From an uncultured Porphyromonadaceae bacterium (lineage in GTDB: Bacteria > Bacteroidota > Bacteroidia > Bacteroidales > Muribaculaceae), in NCBI GenBank assembly GCA_900545955.1, contig URAU01000012.1:6604-70603 (forward strand): 64,000 nucleotides of DNA, written 5' to 3'. Each line of letters begins with the position of its first letter. The stretch's first letter is position 1. Of the stretch, positions 18,075 through 26,680 are shown one piece after another. A program made the translations under genes and the position numbers. The notes under the pieces are model-generated. The model was not told the origin of the DNA. It ran no database searches and worked only from the letters and a program-made list of their open reading frames with translations.

Positions 18075-19679
18075 TTATCTTATTGGCAATGTATTGAAGA
18101 TAAACTGACCGAGAGCCGAAATGCCGTGGGATGTACAATCGGAGGAGACAACACCGTTGCGAACGCGATATTCAACCTTTGCTTCCGCATCGCGAAGCGC
18201 GCAGAAGAGATTGAACATAGCCCGATGGTTGGCTCCCATATCCGATATATCAAGAACATACTGCGCAGCCCCGAATGTGGCGCCGGAACCGGCTGCGAGA
18301 TTTGAGTCATACAGATATACCCCTGCAAACGGACGCCCGGAGACGGCAAGCGGACCGACTACCCGAAGATTGTCGCCCAAACCCATCAGATGGCGGTTTG
18401 CGTCGGCAACAGCGACTCCGAGCGTTCCCTCCACGGCGGCGAAAACAGCATCGGCGCCGACCGCGGCAACATCTGCCGAATTTACTACCGCAACGGCAGC
18501 ATTTTTTACCTGAAGCGACTGAGTCAGCAGCGACGCTACCCCGGCAGCATCGGGAGCCGGCACACCTTCGCCGATCTCAACATATACAATATGTGTATTC
18601 GAGTTTGATTTCAGGCCGTTGCCCTTGAAAAGACTAATCTGGCAGGGAGCGTCGGACACATTAATAAATTCCGGAGTTGCGCCCCCGGCAGGATTAACCG
18701 GGGTTATGTCGGGATAAGACGCGCCGTCGCATGCCGCCTTGAAAACCGCAAGGCCTTCGCGCAGACCTTCGCGCCAGTAGGAGGTGGTGTGTGCACCGTT
18801 GCGCACGCGGAATTCGTGGTCGATTCCCTTGTCGCGCAGCAGGCAGTGGAGTTCGCCGCTGCCCGCATAGAGGCGCTCCTCGTCGTCGCCGCAGTCTACA
18901 TACCACTTTTGCGATGCGAAAGCCGAAGGCTGATTGTCGGCGAAGAAATGCAACGGGCAGAGACTGAGATAGTGAGGCGTAAGGCGTGCGTCTCCGGTGG
19001 TGCCACGGCCGCCGAAAATGTCGCCCCACTGGCTGTCCCAGCCGCCGAGCGTGCGGTATTGCGCGTCGGTATTCATCGAGGGGGAAAGCGAAATGCAGGT
19101 GCCGAACACCGAGGCGTTCTTACCGGCCATGGCCAGCGCCCCGAAACCGCCCATCGAATAGCCTGCAACCGCGCGGTAGCGTGCCGAAGGACGAGTGGGG
19201 AGCATCCGGTCGATCATCGGAACGAGCTCATCCACCAGCATGTCCATATAATTGAATCCGCCGTCGTAGCGGTTTACATAGTAGGAGTTCCAGCCCTGTG
19301 GAATCACGTAGATAACCGGACCGGTCTGCCCGGCCGTGCGGGCCTGGGCGTCGACATTCTGTATGTCGAAATGACCGGGACCCCATGCCTCGGGAGTATC
19401 GCCATAGCCATGCAGCAGATAGACAACGGGAAATGTAGCGCCGCTGCCGCTAAGATATTCCTGCGGCACAAGCACGCTGTAGCTCACCTGGCGGCCGAGC
19501 TTGGCGCTCTGCATAGTCTGCCCTGGATTCCAGCGTGTGGTATAAATTACGCGACCACCCGGCGAGGGTGTGGGGGTGGGCGTCGGGGCAGGTGTCGGGT
19601 CGTCGTCGCCCCCACAGGAAGTCAGAGCGGCACCCAAAGCCAGAAAAGAGCAGATGAAAAGAATTTTCAGACGTTTCAT
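18075..19679 (-). CDS. Lipoprotein alpha/beta-hydrolase esterase (CE1-like)
   Basis: Lipobox LTSC-GGDDD and a PT-rich linker; FPVVYLLHG, GYSMGG, DCGDDE and NGAHT. Confidence 0.85.
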   Translation of the reverse strand: MKRLKILFICSFLALGAALTSCGGDDDPTPAPTPTPTPSPGGRVIYTTRWNPGQTMQSAKLGRQVSYSVLVPQEYLSGSGATFPVVYLLHGYGDTPEAWGPGHFDIQNVDAQARTAGQTGPVIYVIPQGWNSYYVNRYDGGFNYMDMLVDELVPMIDRMLPTRPSARYRAVAGYSMGGFGALAMAGKNASVFGTCISLSPSMNTDAQYRTLGGWDSQWGDIFGGRGTTGDARLTPHYLSLCPLHFFADNQPSAFASQKWYVDCGDDEERLYAGSGELHCLLRDKGIDHEFRVRNGAHTTSYWREGLREGLAVFKAACDGASYPDITPVNPAGGATPEFINVSDAPCQISLFKGNGLKSNSNTHIVYVEIGEGVPAPDAAGVASLLTQSLQVKNAAVAVVNSADVAAVGADAVFAAVEGTLGVAVADANRHLMGLGDNLRVVGPLAVSGRPFAGVYLYDSNLAAGSGATFGAAQYVLDISDMGANHRAMFNLFCALRDAEAKVEYRVRNGVVSSDCTSHGISALGQFIFNTLPIR

Positions 19680-19812
19680 TTTGATGACCGGTATGAATTT
19701 GTTTCAGTATATTGGTAATTGATAATCTGAAAGAGGCCGCCCTGCATGCGCTTGGAGTCAACAACAGAGCAAAATAACTTCTCAACGCCGACGGGCGGCC
19801 TCCGATAGGTCT

Positions 19813-21360
19813 TCATTCGGTTCCATAGACCACAATATCCTTGCACTGCACGGCATAGCCGCGTGTGGGGTTGAGCCAGCGTACGGTCAACTTATGGGGC
19901 CCGTCGGTCAGATCATAGGTGTGGAAAATGTCGTATTTGCGGGTTATATAGTCGAGAGGCATTGCGAACGTGTCGACCACCTTGCCGTCGACCGAAGCCT
20001 CGATCCGGGCCACATAGTCGTCGGGAGCGGATTTGTCGTCGCGGCGCAGCTGCCCCTGGAGCACGATGCCCGAGCCGTTGAAATCCCAGGTATATTCCGG
20101 GTCGAGGTCCAGTTTTACCACACGGCGCTCCACCGGCTTGATTCCCTCGAACGACTGCTCCAGAGCCACAGCCACCGGGCGCTCGATACTGAAGGATACG
20201 GCATCGTCGGTAACGTTACCGCCATTGGCCACCACGACCTTTTCAAGAAGGTCGAGAGTAATGCCATAGCTTGTGGCAAGCGAGATTGAGGTATACGGGA
20301 AATCGATATTCTCACAACGCTCCACAGCGGGTTTCCATTTGGCGGGGAGGGCCTCATATCCCATCATCACGCCGAGAATACCTCCTGCGGTAGCCGGGTT
20401 GCAGTCGCTGTCCTGGCCGCAGCGGGTGGAAATGTCGAGGGTGCGGAAGAAATCGCCTTCGCCATAGAGCAGCCCGATCACGCAATAGGCGGCGTTGATT
20501 GTGGCGTCGATGTCGAATCCGTTCCAGACCCCTTCGGGACAACCCTTCTCAGCGGTATATTTCTGGTCGATGGCCAGCCAGCACTGTTTCCAGTCGGAGG
20601 GGTTCTTGCGCCAGAAGGAGATTACATCCTCGATGCAGCGGCGGAAATTTGCCTCGGCAGGGATGGTCTGCAACGCCTGCTCCACAACAGTGGGAATATC
20701 GTCGCACACATATGCGAGCGTATAGAGTGCTGCCACGTAGACACCGCCGTAGAAGCCGTCGCCATAGTTCATGATATGGCCGATGCGGTCGGCGAAAGCA
20801 CTTGACACGTTGGGCATGCCCGGACATATCATGCCGATGAAATCAGCCTCGATCTGGAAATCGATATCGTCGGCGTGGGGATTATTCTTCCAGTGGCCCG
20901 AAGCGGGCGGCATCACGCCGTTGAGAATATTGTAGCGGGCGGCCTGATTGGCGTGCCAGAGCTTGTAGTCGGCATTGGCGAAAGCATCAGCGAAACTTGC
21001 GGCGGGAGCGTCAATCCCCTCGCGCGCCATAACCTCCATAAAGGTAAGATCCATATAGACGTCGTCGTACAGACCCGGGTCCTCGGCGAAGATGTCCTTG
21101 CAGTAGTCGTCATACCATATGATGGGTATGCTGTCGTTGATCATGCCGCCCTTGTATTTGAACTCGGTCGGACCGCCGTAGGTACATCCGATGGTCTGCG
21201 CGGCCCAGCCGCCCTTTATCTTGTCGAGGAGTGTGGCCTTATCGATGGTTACCGTCGTGCCGTAGGGGATGGAGGCCGACCCTTTGTCAGCATCCTTGCA
21301 TCCGGCGAGAGCGGCGGCTCCCATGAGCGCCATAGCCGTGTATTTCAGTATACTGTTCAT
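19813..21360 (-). CDS. ADP-ribosylglycohydrolase (ARH/DraG)-family lipoprotein
   Basis: Lipobox LAGC; DKIKGGWAAQTIG, YDDVYMD, HADDIDFQIEAD and GQDSDCNPATAGG acidic metal-binding motifs. Confidence 0.85.
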   Translation of the reverse strand: MNSILKYTAMALMGAAALAGCKDADKGSASIPYGTTVTIDKATLLDKIKGGWAAQTIGCTYGGPTEFKYKGGMINDSIPIIWYDDYCKDIFAEDPGLYDDVYMDLTFMEVMAREGIDAPAASFADAFANADYKLWHANQAARYNILNGVMPPASGHWKNNPHADDIDFQIEADFIGMICPGMPNVSSAFADRIGHIMNYGDGFYGGVYVAALYTLAYVCDDIPTVVEQALQTIPAEANFRRCIEDVISFWRKNPSDWKQCWLAIDQKYTAEKGCPEGVWNGFDIDATINAAYCVIGLLYGEGDFFRTLDISTRCGQDSDCNPATAGGILGVMMGYEALPAKWKPAVERCENIDFPYTSISLATSYGITLDLLEKVVVANGGNVTDDAVSFSIERPVAVALEQSFEGIKPVERRVVKLDLDPEYTWDFNGSGIVLQGQLRRDDKSAPDDYVARIEASVDGKVVDTFAMPLDYITRKYDIFHTYDLTDGPHKLTVRWLNPTRGYAVQCKDIVVYGTE

Positions 21361-22967
21361 TTCAGATTGGAATAAAAGCGGTTGTTGTTAGGTTTCTCCG
21401 AGTAATACATGATGTCGTTGATGCGAATCGTGTAGTTTTTGTTCGGATTGGTCCATACGAGGCGCACGGTGTGCGGTCCCTCGGGAAGGAGATACTTCCA
21501 GGCCGGCTCCACGCGGCGGTCGGTGTTGCGCATCGGCATCTTCACCGTCTGGTCAAGCTTGCCGTCGATCCACACCTGCACATCGGCCACATAGGGGTCG
21601 TCTGGCTCGGCGAGACCGAACACCTCCGAACCGATATGGCGGATGGAGACGCGGTTTATATAATCCTTGTTGATGTGGCGCAGAGAGCAGATGTTGCCCC
21701 AGATTACGAAGCCGTTGCCGTCGAACGAGAATTCATACTCCTTGTCGAGGAAGCAGTCCTTGCGCTCGCGAAACAGCGGGTAGGTGTTGGTGAAGTTCTG
21801 TTCCAGCGGCAGTACGGAAGCTTTCTCGATTGGAATCACCACCTTGTCGGCCTCCACGCGGCCTCCGTTTTTCTCGATAAGCTTAAGGGCCTGATTGTAG
21901 CTCATCTGATATGAGCTTGCAAGCGATATGTCGGTGCCCTCGAAGTTGAGGTTCTCCACCTCCTTGAGCGGATCAAGCCAGAAGGCGGGTATGCCACTAT
22001 ATCCTTTCATCACACCGAGCACACCTCCGGCGGTGGCGGGGTTGCAGTCAGCGTCCTGGCCGCAGCGGGCGGCTATATCGAGCGTGTCGGTGAAGTCGCC
22101 GTTACCGTAGAGCATTGCGAGGGCAACGAACGCCGAATTGAGTTTGGCGTCGATATTGAAGCTGAGGAAAACGCCCTTCGGGCAACCTACGTCCACATTC
22201 CAGTGGCGCTGCAGGTATTCCCAGCAGGCTTTCCAGTCGTCGGGATTGAGGCGATGGAAGTCGAGCACGTCGCGGATGCAGCGGTAGAAGGTGCTCTCCT
22301 GTGGAATCGGAGCGAGAGCGGTCTCAACTATATCGCGCGGATTGTCGAGATAGAAGGCGCTGCTGTAAAGGCCTGCCACGAAGGCACCGCCGTAGAATCC
22401 GTCGCCCGAGTTCATGATGTGGCCCACCTTGTCGGCGATGCGCAGAGCCTCGGGCACCATTGCGGGGGCCATCAGGCCGATGAAGTCGGCCTCAATCTGA
22501 AAATCAAGGTCGTCGGCATGGGGGTTATTGAGCCAGTTGCCCGACTCGGGGGGCATGATGCCGTTGCGGATGTTGTAGCGGCCGGCCTGGTTGGCGTGGG
22601 CCAGATGGTAGTCGGCAAAGGCGAAGGCCTTGGCAAGCTCCTGCTGCGAGCAGTCGAGTCCGAGACGCTCGAAGGTCTCCACGAAAGTACAGTCGTTGTA
22701 GATGTCGTCGAAGAGGCCGGGCTTCTTTTCCCACCAGTATTTCACATAGTGCTCCGACCAGGGGATAGGCTGATAGTCCTGGGTGTATGAGCCGGTGAAC
22801 TTGAATTCCACCGGAGCGCCGAACACCACGCCTATGGTCTGTGCGGCCCATCCGCCCTTTATCTTGTCGAGCAGTTCGGCCTTCGACATCTCTACACTGC
22901 GGGGCTGCGCGGCCCACGCCGCGAATGCCGCAAGTGCCATAGAGAAAATTATTGCGATACGCTTCAT
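21357..22967 (-). CDS. ADP-ribosylglycohydrolase-family protein, signal peptidase I type (periplasmic)
   Basis: Signal peptide ending AWA; DKIKGGWAAQTIG, FDDIYND and GQDADCNPATAGG. Close paralog of 19813-21360. Confidence 0.85.
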   Translation of the reverse strand: MKRIAIIFSMALAAFAAWAAQPRSVEMSKAELLDKIKGGWAAQTIGVVFGAPVEFKFTGSYTQDYQPIPWSEHYVKYWWEKKPGLFDDIYNDCTFVETFERLGLDCSQQELAKAFAFADYHLAHANQAGRYNIRNGIMPPESGNWLNNPHADDLDFQIEADFIGLMAPAMVPEALRIADKVGHIMNSGDGFYGGAFVAGLYSSAFYLDNPRDIVETALAPIPQESTFYRCIRDVLDFHRLNPDDWKACWEYLQRHWNVDVGCPKGVFLSFNIDAKLNSAFVALAMLYGNGDFTDTLDIAARCGQDADCNPATAGGVLGVMKGYSGIPAFWLDPLKEVENLNFEGTDISLASSYQMSYNQALKLIEKNGGRVEADKVVIPIEKASVLPLEQNFTNTYPLFRERKDCFLDKEYEFSFDGNGFVIWGNICSLRHINKDYINRVSIRHIGSEVFGLAEPDDPYVADVQVWIDGKLDQTVKMPMRNTDRRVEPAWKYLLPEGPHTVRLVWTNPNKNYTIRINDIMYYSEKPNNNRFYSNLK

Positions 22968-24956
22968 TTATTTGCCGTCTTTAGAAAGGTTATAGACTCC
23001 GAGTTCGGTTATTGAGGTGAAATTGGAAACGTTTTTGGTATACTTATGCCAATGAGCCTGGTTCTTGGTGTCGACCAGCACACGGATGCCTCGGGTAGTA
23101 ACCGGAGCGAACTCAAGAATGAACTGGGCGAAATGAGGCTGGAAGAACACGATGTCGGTTTCCGGAAGAGCGGGATTCGAAGTGTATAGACCCACGTCGC
23201 GCCAGCGCCCTTTTTCGTCGAGATACTGAATGCTGAGGTCGGTGAACCATCCGCCGAACTCTTCGAGGCAGCCTGTATTCAGTTCAATCATGTCGACGGT
23301 GCGTGGCTCGGCCCATCCGTAGCCGAAGTAGTCGATTTTCGGGCGATTGGACTTCTCGGCCAGAGTATAGAATACCGAGCCGGCCCCTTTCTTCACGCCG
23401 TCGCGAATCACGTCGACGCTCTTGGCATACATCGGCTTGCCGAAGGTAATCCAGCAGGAGTCGAGAACAGCCTCGTTGAGCGTGCGGACGTTGGCATAGA
23501 TGGTGTCGGCCTGCATGGCCAGGTTCTCGGGTTTCACGAGAATCTGGAAATTCTTCGTCAGCTCGTTGCCGTTGCCCGTAAGCGCCAGAGTGATGTCGTA
23601 TTTGCCGGCAGTCTGAGGAGTACCTTCCAGACGACCGTTGTTGAAGGTCAGTCCGGCGGGAAGTGCGCCTCCGGTCATGGTCCATTTATAGCCACGGTTG
23701 GCCGTGCAGGCGAAATCGTAGTCGGCAGGCATGCCAACGGTCAGGTCGGGCATCGGGCCGATGCAGAATTCCAGCGGCGGATTGAACGTGGCCTTCGGAT
23801 TGATATACACCTCGTTGCCTTTCACCTTTCCGCCGTTGGCGGTAATCACGTCGATGGCCTGACGGTATGTCCGGTCGATGATGTCCTGAATCGAGGCGTC
23901 GGGCATGTCGTAGCGCGTGATGTTGATATATCGGTCGTTGAAGGGTTTTGTCCACCCCTTCACTGGCATCGTCAGGTCGGCCGGAAGTTTCGATGCGCCG
24001 AGAATTATACCCATCAGACCGGAGATGGTAGCGGCCTGGTTGTCACAGTCGAAGCCCATGGCGCAGCTGAGGTCGAGCGTACGCTGAAAGTCGCCGTTGC
24101 CGTAGAGCATTGCCAGAATACCCATCAGGCCATTAAGATCGGCGTTCCAGATGGTCTTGGTCATCGGGTCTTCGTTCACATAGAATTCGTCGGCGATAAT
24201 CTGGCGCGCCTTCACCCAGTCGTCGGGATACTGCTTGTGAAGTTCGAGACATTTGCGCACGCCCATGGCGTAGCGGTCGTCGGCGGGAAGATATTTCAGC
24301 CCTTTCTCGATCAGTTTGGTCAGATTGTTCTCGAAAAATGCCTCGGCATACATGGCGCCGTAGAGTGCCGTGGGAGCCACGGCCCAGGAATCGCTTGTGA
24401 TACGGGCCGCCCAGTCGCTTTTGCCTACGGCGTAGGCAGGCATTCCCGGGGCAGTATAGGCCCAGATTTCGTTGATAAGCTGGGGATCAATCTGATACCA
24501 ATGGGGGTTCAACTCTTCCGAGCCGGTGAAGGGAGGCGTATAGCCGAGGTGCATAAGCCCCAGGGCGGCGCGGTTGGCAAGCCACACACGGTCGCGGATA
24601 TGATACATCCACCCCTCGCGCATCTGAGCGTAGGTAGGTTCGATGCCGTATTTCTCCATCAACGTCAGGTAGATGTACTCCACGTCGGTATCGTCGTCGG
24701 AAAAAGCTCCGTCGTATTTCTCGAGTTTGTCAATATTCTTGGTGTACCCGAAGGGGAAACGCGACTCGGCCGCCGGCTCGTCGACGAATTTGTTTTCAAA
24801 CGGAAGGCCGTAGATATTGCCTACCATCTGACCGATCCAGGCTCCGGCGATTTTGTCGCGGAGCACGTCGGCCTTTATTTTTTCGGCGCCCACTGCGTCT
24901 GCGCTACAGCCCACGGCCAGCGAGGCAGCTACCAGACAATTGATTATGGTTTTCAT
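22968..24956 (-). CDS. ADP-ribosylglycohydrolase-family exported protein with an Ig-like (He_PIG) domain and a C-terminal beta-sandwich domain
   Basis: DKIAGAWIGQMVG, FSDDDTDVE and GFDCDNQAAT motifs; GALPAGLTFNNGRLEGTPQTAGKYDITL (He_PIG-like); signal peptide with a possible AVGC lipobox. Confidence 0.83.
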   Translation of the reverse strand: MKTIINCLVAASLAVGCSADAVGAEKIKADVLRDKIAGAWIGQMVGNIYGLPFENKFVDEPAAESRFPFGYTKNIDKLEKYDGAFSDDDTDVEYIYLTLMEKYGIEPTYAQMREGWMYHIRDRVWLANRAALGLMHLGYTPPFTGSEELNPHWYQIDPQLINEIWAYTAPGMPAYAVGKSDWAARITSDSWAVAPTALYGAMYAEAFFENNLTKLIEKGLKYLPADDRYAMGVRKCLELHKQYPDDWVKARQIIADEFYVNEDPMTKTIWNADLNGLMGILAMLYGNGDFQRTLDLSCAMGFDCDNQAATISGLMGIILGASKLPADLTMPVKGWTKPFNDRYINITRYDMPDASIQDIIDRTYRQAIDVITANGGKVKGNEVYINPKATFNPPLEFCIGPMPDLTVGMPADYDFACTANRGYKWTMTGGALPAGLTFNNGRLEGTPQTAGKYDITLALTGNGNELTKNFQILVKPENLAMQADTIYANVRTLNEAVLDSCWITFGKPMYAKSVDVIRDGVKKGAGSVFYTLAEKSNRPKIDYFGYGWAEPRTVDMIELNTGCLEEFGGWFTDLSIQYLDEKGRWRDVGLYTSNPALPETDIVFFQPHFAQFILEFAPVTTRGIRVLVDTKNQAHWHKYTKNVSNFTSITELGVYNLSKDGK

Positions 24957-25087
24957 GGAATTAATTGGGGGGAGAGGGTTTGTTTGCTGTCAGTTTCTGA
25001 ATAAGGTGTTGAAAAAAAATGGAGAGAAGAGGAGAATGAGCGGTCATCATGAAACGTGTATTGCTTTCAATCCAACCCGCGAGGGAA

Positions 25088-26647
25088 TCAGTTGTAATCG
25101 GGATTCTGATGGAGTTTGGGGTTGGCGTTGAGAATTTCGGTAGGAATCGGGAAAAGTTCGCGGAAAGTGTCGCCTTCCTGGGCGGGATGAGCCCAGTACT
25201 GCTTGAGGTATTTGCCGAAACGGATCATATCCTCGTGGCGCCATCCTTCCCATGCAAGCTCGCGGCCACGCTCGGCATAAAGCTCGTCGAGAGTGAGCTG
25301 GCCCACCGTGTAGGGCTGCAGCCCCACGCGGGTGCGGATTTTCTGGAATTCGGGGAGGTTGACTGCGTCGGCAGTACGTCCCTGGCGCACAAGCGCCTCC
25401 ACATACATCAGCACTACGTCGGCATAGCGGAAAATGGCGAAATCATTGTCCATGCAGGTCTCGCCCGAGGTGAGCATGCCGTCGGTCTGATACGGCCATT
25501 TGCAGATGCGAGCGCCGTCGAATTTCTGGCGACCGCCGTTCACGTTGTAGTAATGGCGCTCGTCGAACACCGGATTGTAGCTCATCTGCTGACCGTCGAC
25601 CATGATGGGATTTCCTTTAACATCGACCTGCGGGCCGTAGAGCCACGTAAGGTCACGGCGCGCATCGGCGGCGTCATAGCTCTGGAAGAAGTCGGGCTGG
25701 CAAATGAAACCCGACCAGGGCGAAGCGGTGATGTTGAACGTGGGGCACGATTCCGGCTCGAGCGTGAGCGTATAGAGGTAAAACGAACGGCTGCCCGAGG
25801 GGATGGCCACGTGGTCGTAGACAATAACGAAGATATTTTCGCGCGAGGGCTCGTTGTTGACGGCGAAGTTGATGCCGTAGGTATCCTCAATCTGATAGTC
25901 GCCGATGTCCATCACATTCTTTGCGGCCTGCTCGGCCTCGCGATACATGGGTGTGCCGAACCACTTCTCGGCGTTGAGATACATCTTGGCGAGAATGCAG
26001 TAGGCTGTAGCCTGATTGGCGCGCCCGTAGTTGGTCGATGCCGGATGGCGGTCGAGTTTGGAAATCAACTCGGGCGAGAGCTCCTTGGTCAGGAAATCGA
26101 ACACAAACCGGCGGTCTTTCTGCTCGGGATAGCCCGTATCGGTATAGTTGATGGTGAAGGGTATGTTGCCCCAGTTGGCCATGGCTTCGTAATAGAAGAA
26201 AGCGCGGAGGGTCTTCATTTCGGCCAGAATCTTGTCCTTACCCTCGAAATCCACTTCAGAGATTTCAGTCTCGTAGATGATTTCGTTGCAGGCGGCTATG
26301 CCGTTGAAAATCCAGTCCCACCCTTTTTTCAGCAGGCGGTTCGACGGGGGAATGATATTGTTCTGCACTTCCTGGTAGCGGCCGCCGCTATACCAGCTGC
26401 CGGTATTGGTAGCCGGCACGGCACACTCGTCGGAAGCCTGAAGAAGCAGCGTCCAGAGGCTCTGCTCGGCGTTGTAGCCCTGCATCTTGGTGTAGGCGCG
26501 TCCGGCGTTGGCCACGAGCTCTTTTTCGTTCTTGAAAAAGTTGTCCATCGGAATCTGGCTGTATACCTCTTCGTCGAGGTCGGTGCAGGCGCTTGCTGCG
26601 GCGAGGCCGGCCATGCCCAGGGCGATGTATTTGATTATGCTTTTCAT
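25088..26647 (-). CDS. susD: SusD/RagB family lipoprotein
   Basis: Lipobox ASAC-TDLDE; LRAFFYY...WGNIP, LAKMYLN, FRYADVVLM, ERGRELAWEGWRHEDMIRFG and QNPDY. Confidence 0.95.
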   Translation of the reverse strand: MKSIIKYIALGMAGLAAASACTDLDEEVYSQIPMDNFFKNEKELVANAGRAYTKMQGYNAEQSLWTLLLQASDECAVPATNTGSWYSGGRYQEVQNNIIPPSNRLLKKGWDWIFNGIAACNEIIYETEISEVDFEGKDKILAEMKTLRAFFYYEAMANWGNIPFTINYTDTGYPEQKDRRFVFDFLTKELSPELISKLDRHPASTNYGRANQATAYCILAKMYLNAEKWFGTPMYREAEQAAKNVMDIGDYQIEDTYGINFAVNNEPSRENIFVIVYDHVAIPSGSRSFYLYTLTLEPESCPTFNITASPWSGFICQPDFFQSYDAADARRDLTWLYGPQVDVKGNPIMVDGQQMSYNPVFDERHYYNVNGGRQKFDGARICKWPYQTDGMLTSGETCMDNDFAIFRYADVVLMYVEALVRQGRTADAVNLPEFQKIRTRVGLQPYTVGQLTLDELYAERGRELAWEGWRHEDMIRFGKYLKQYWAHPAQEGDTFRELFPIPTEILNANPKLHQNPDYN

Positions 26648-26680
26648 TGCGTGATTTCTTTTATGGAGATTTACACTCTT

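Noticed and set aside
19813..24956. ARH genes as antitoxins or immunity proteins of an ADP-ribosylating toxin system
   Set aside because: No ADP-ribosyltransferase nearby; the proteins are exported and embedded in a SusC/D-ribokinase operon.
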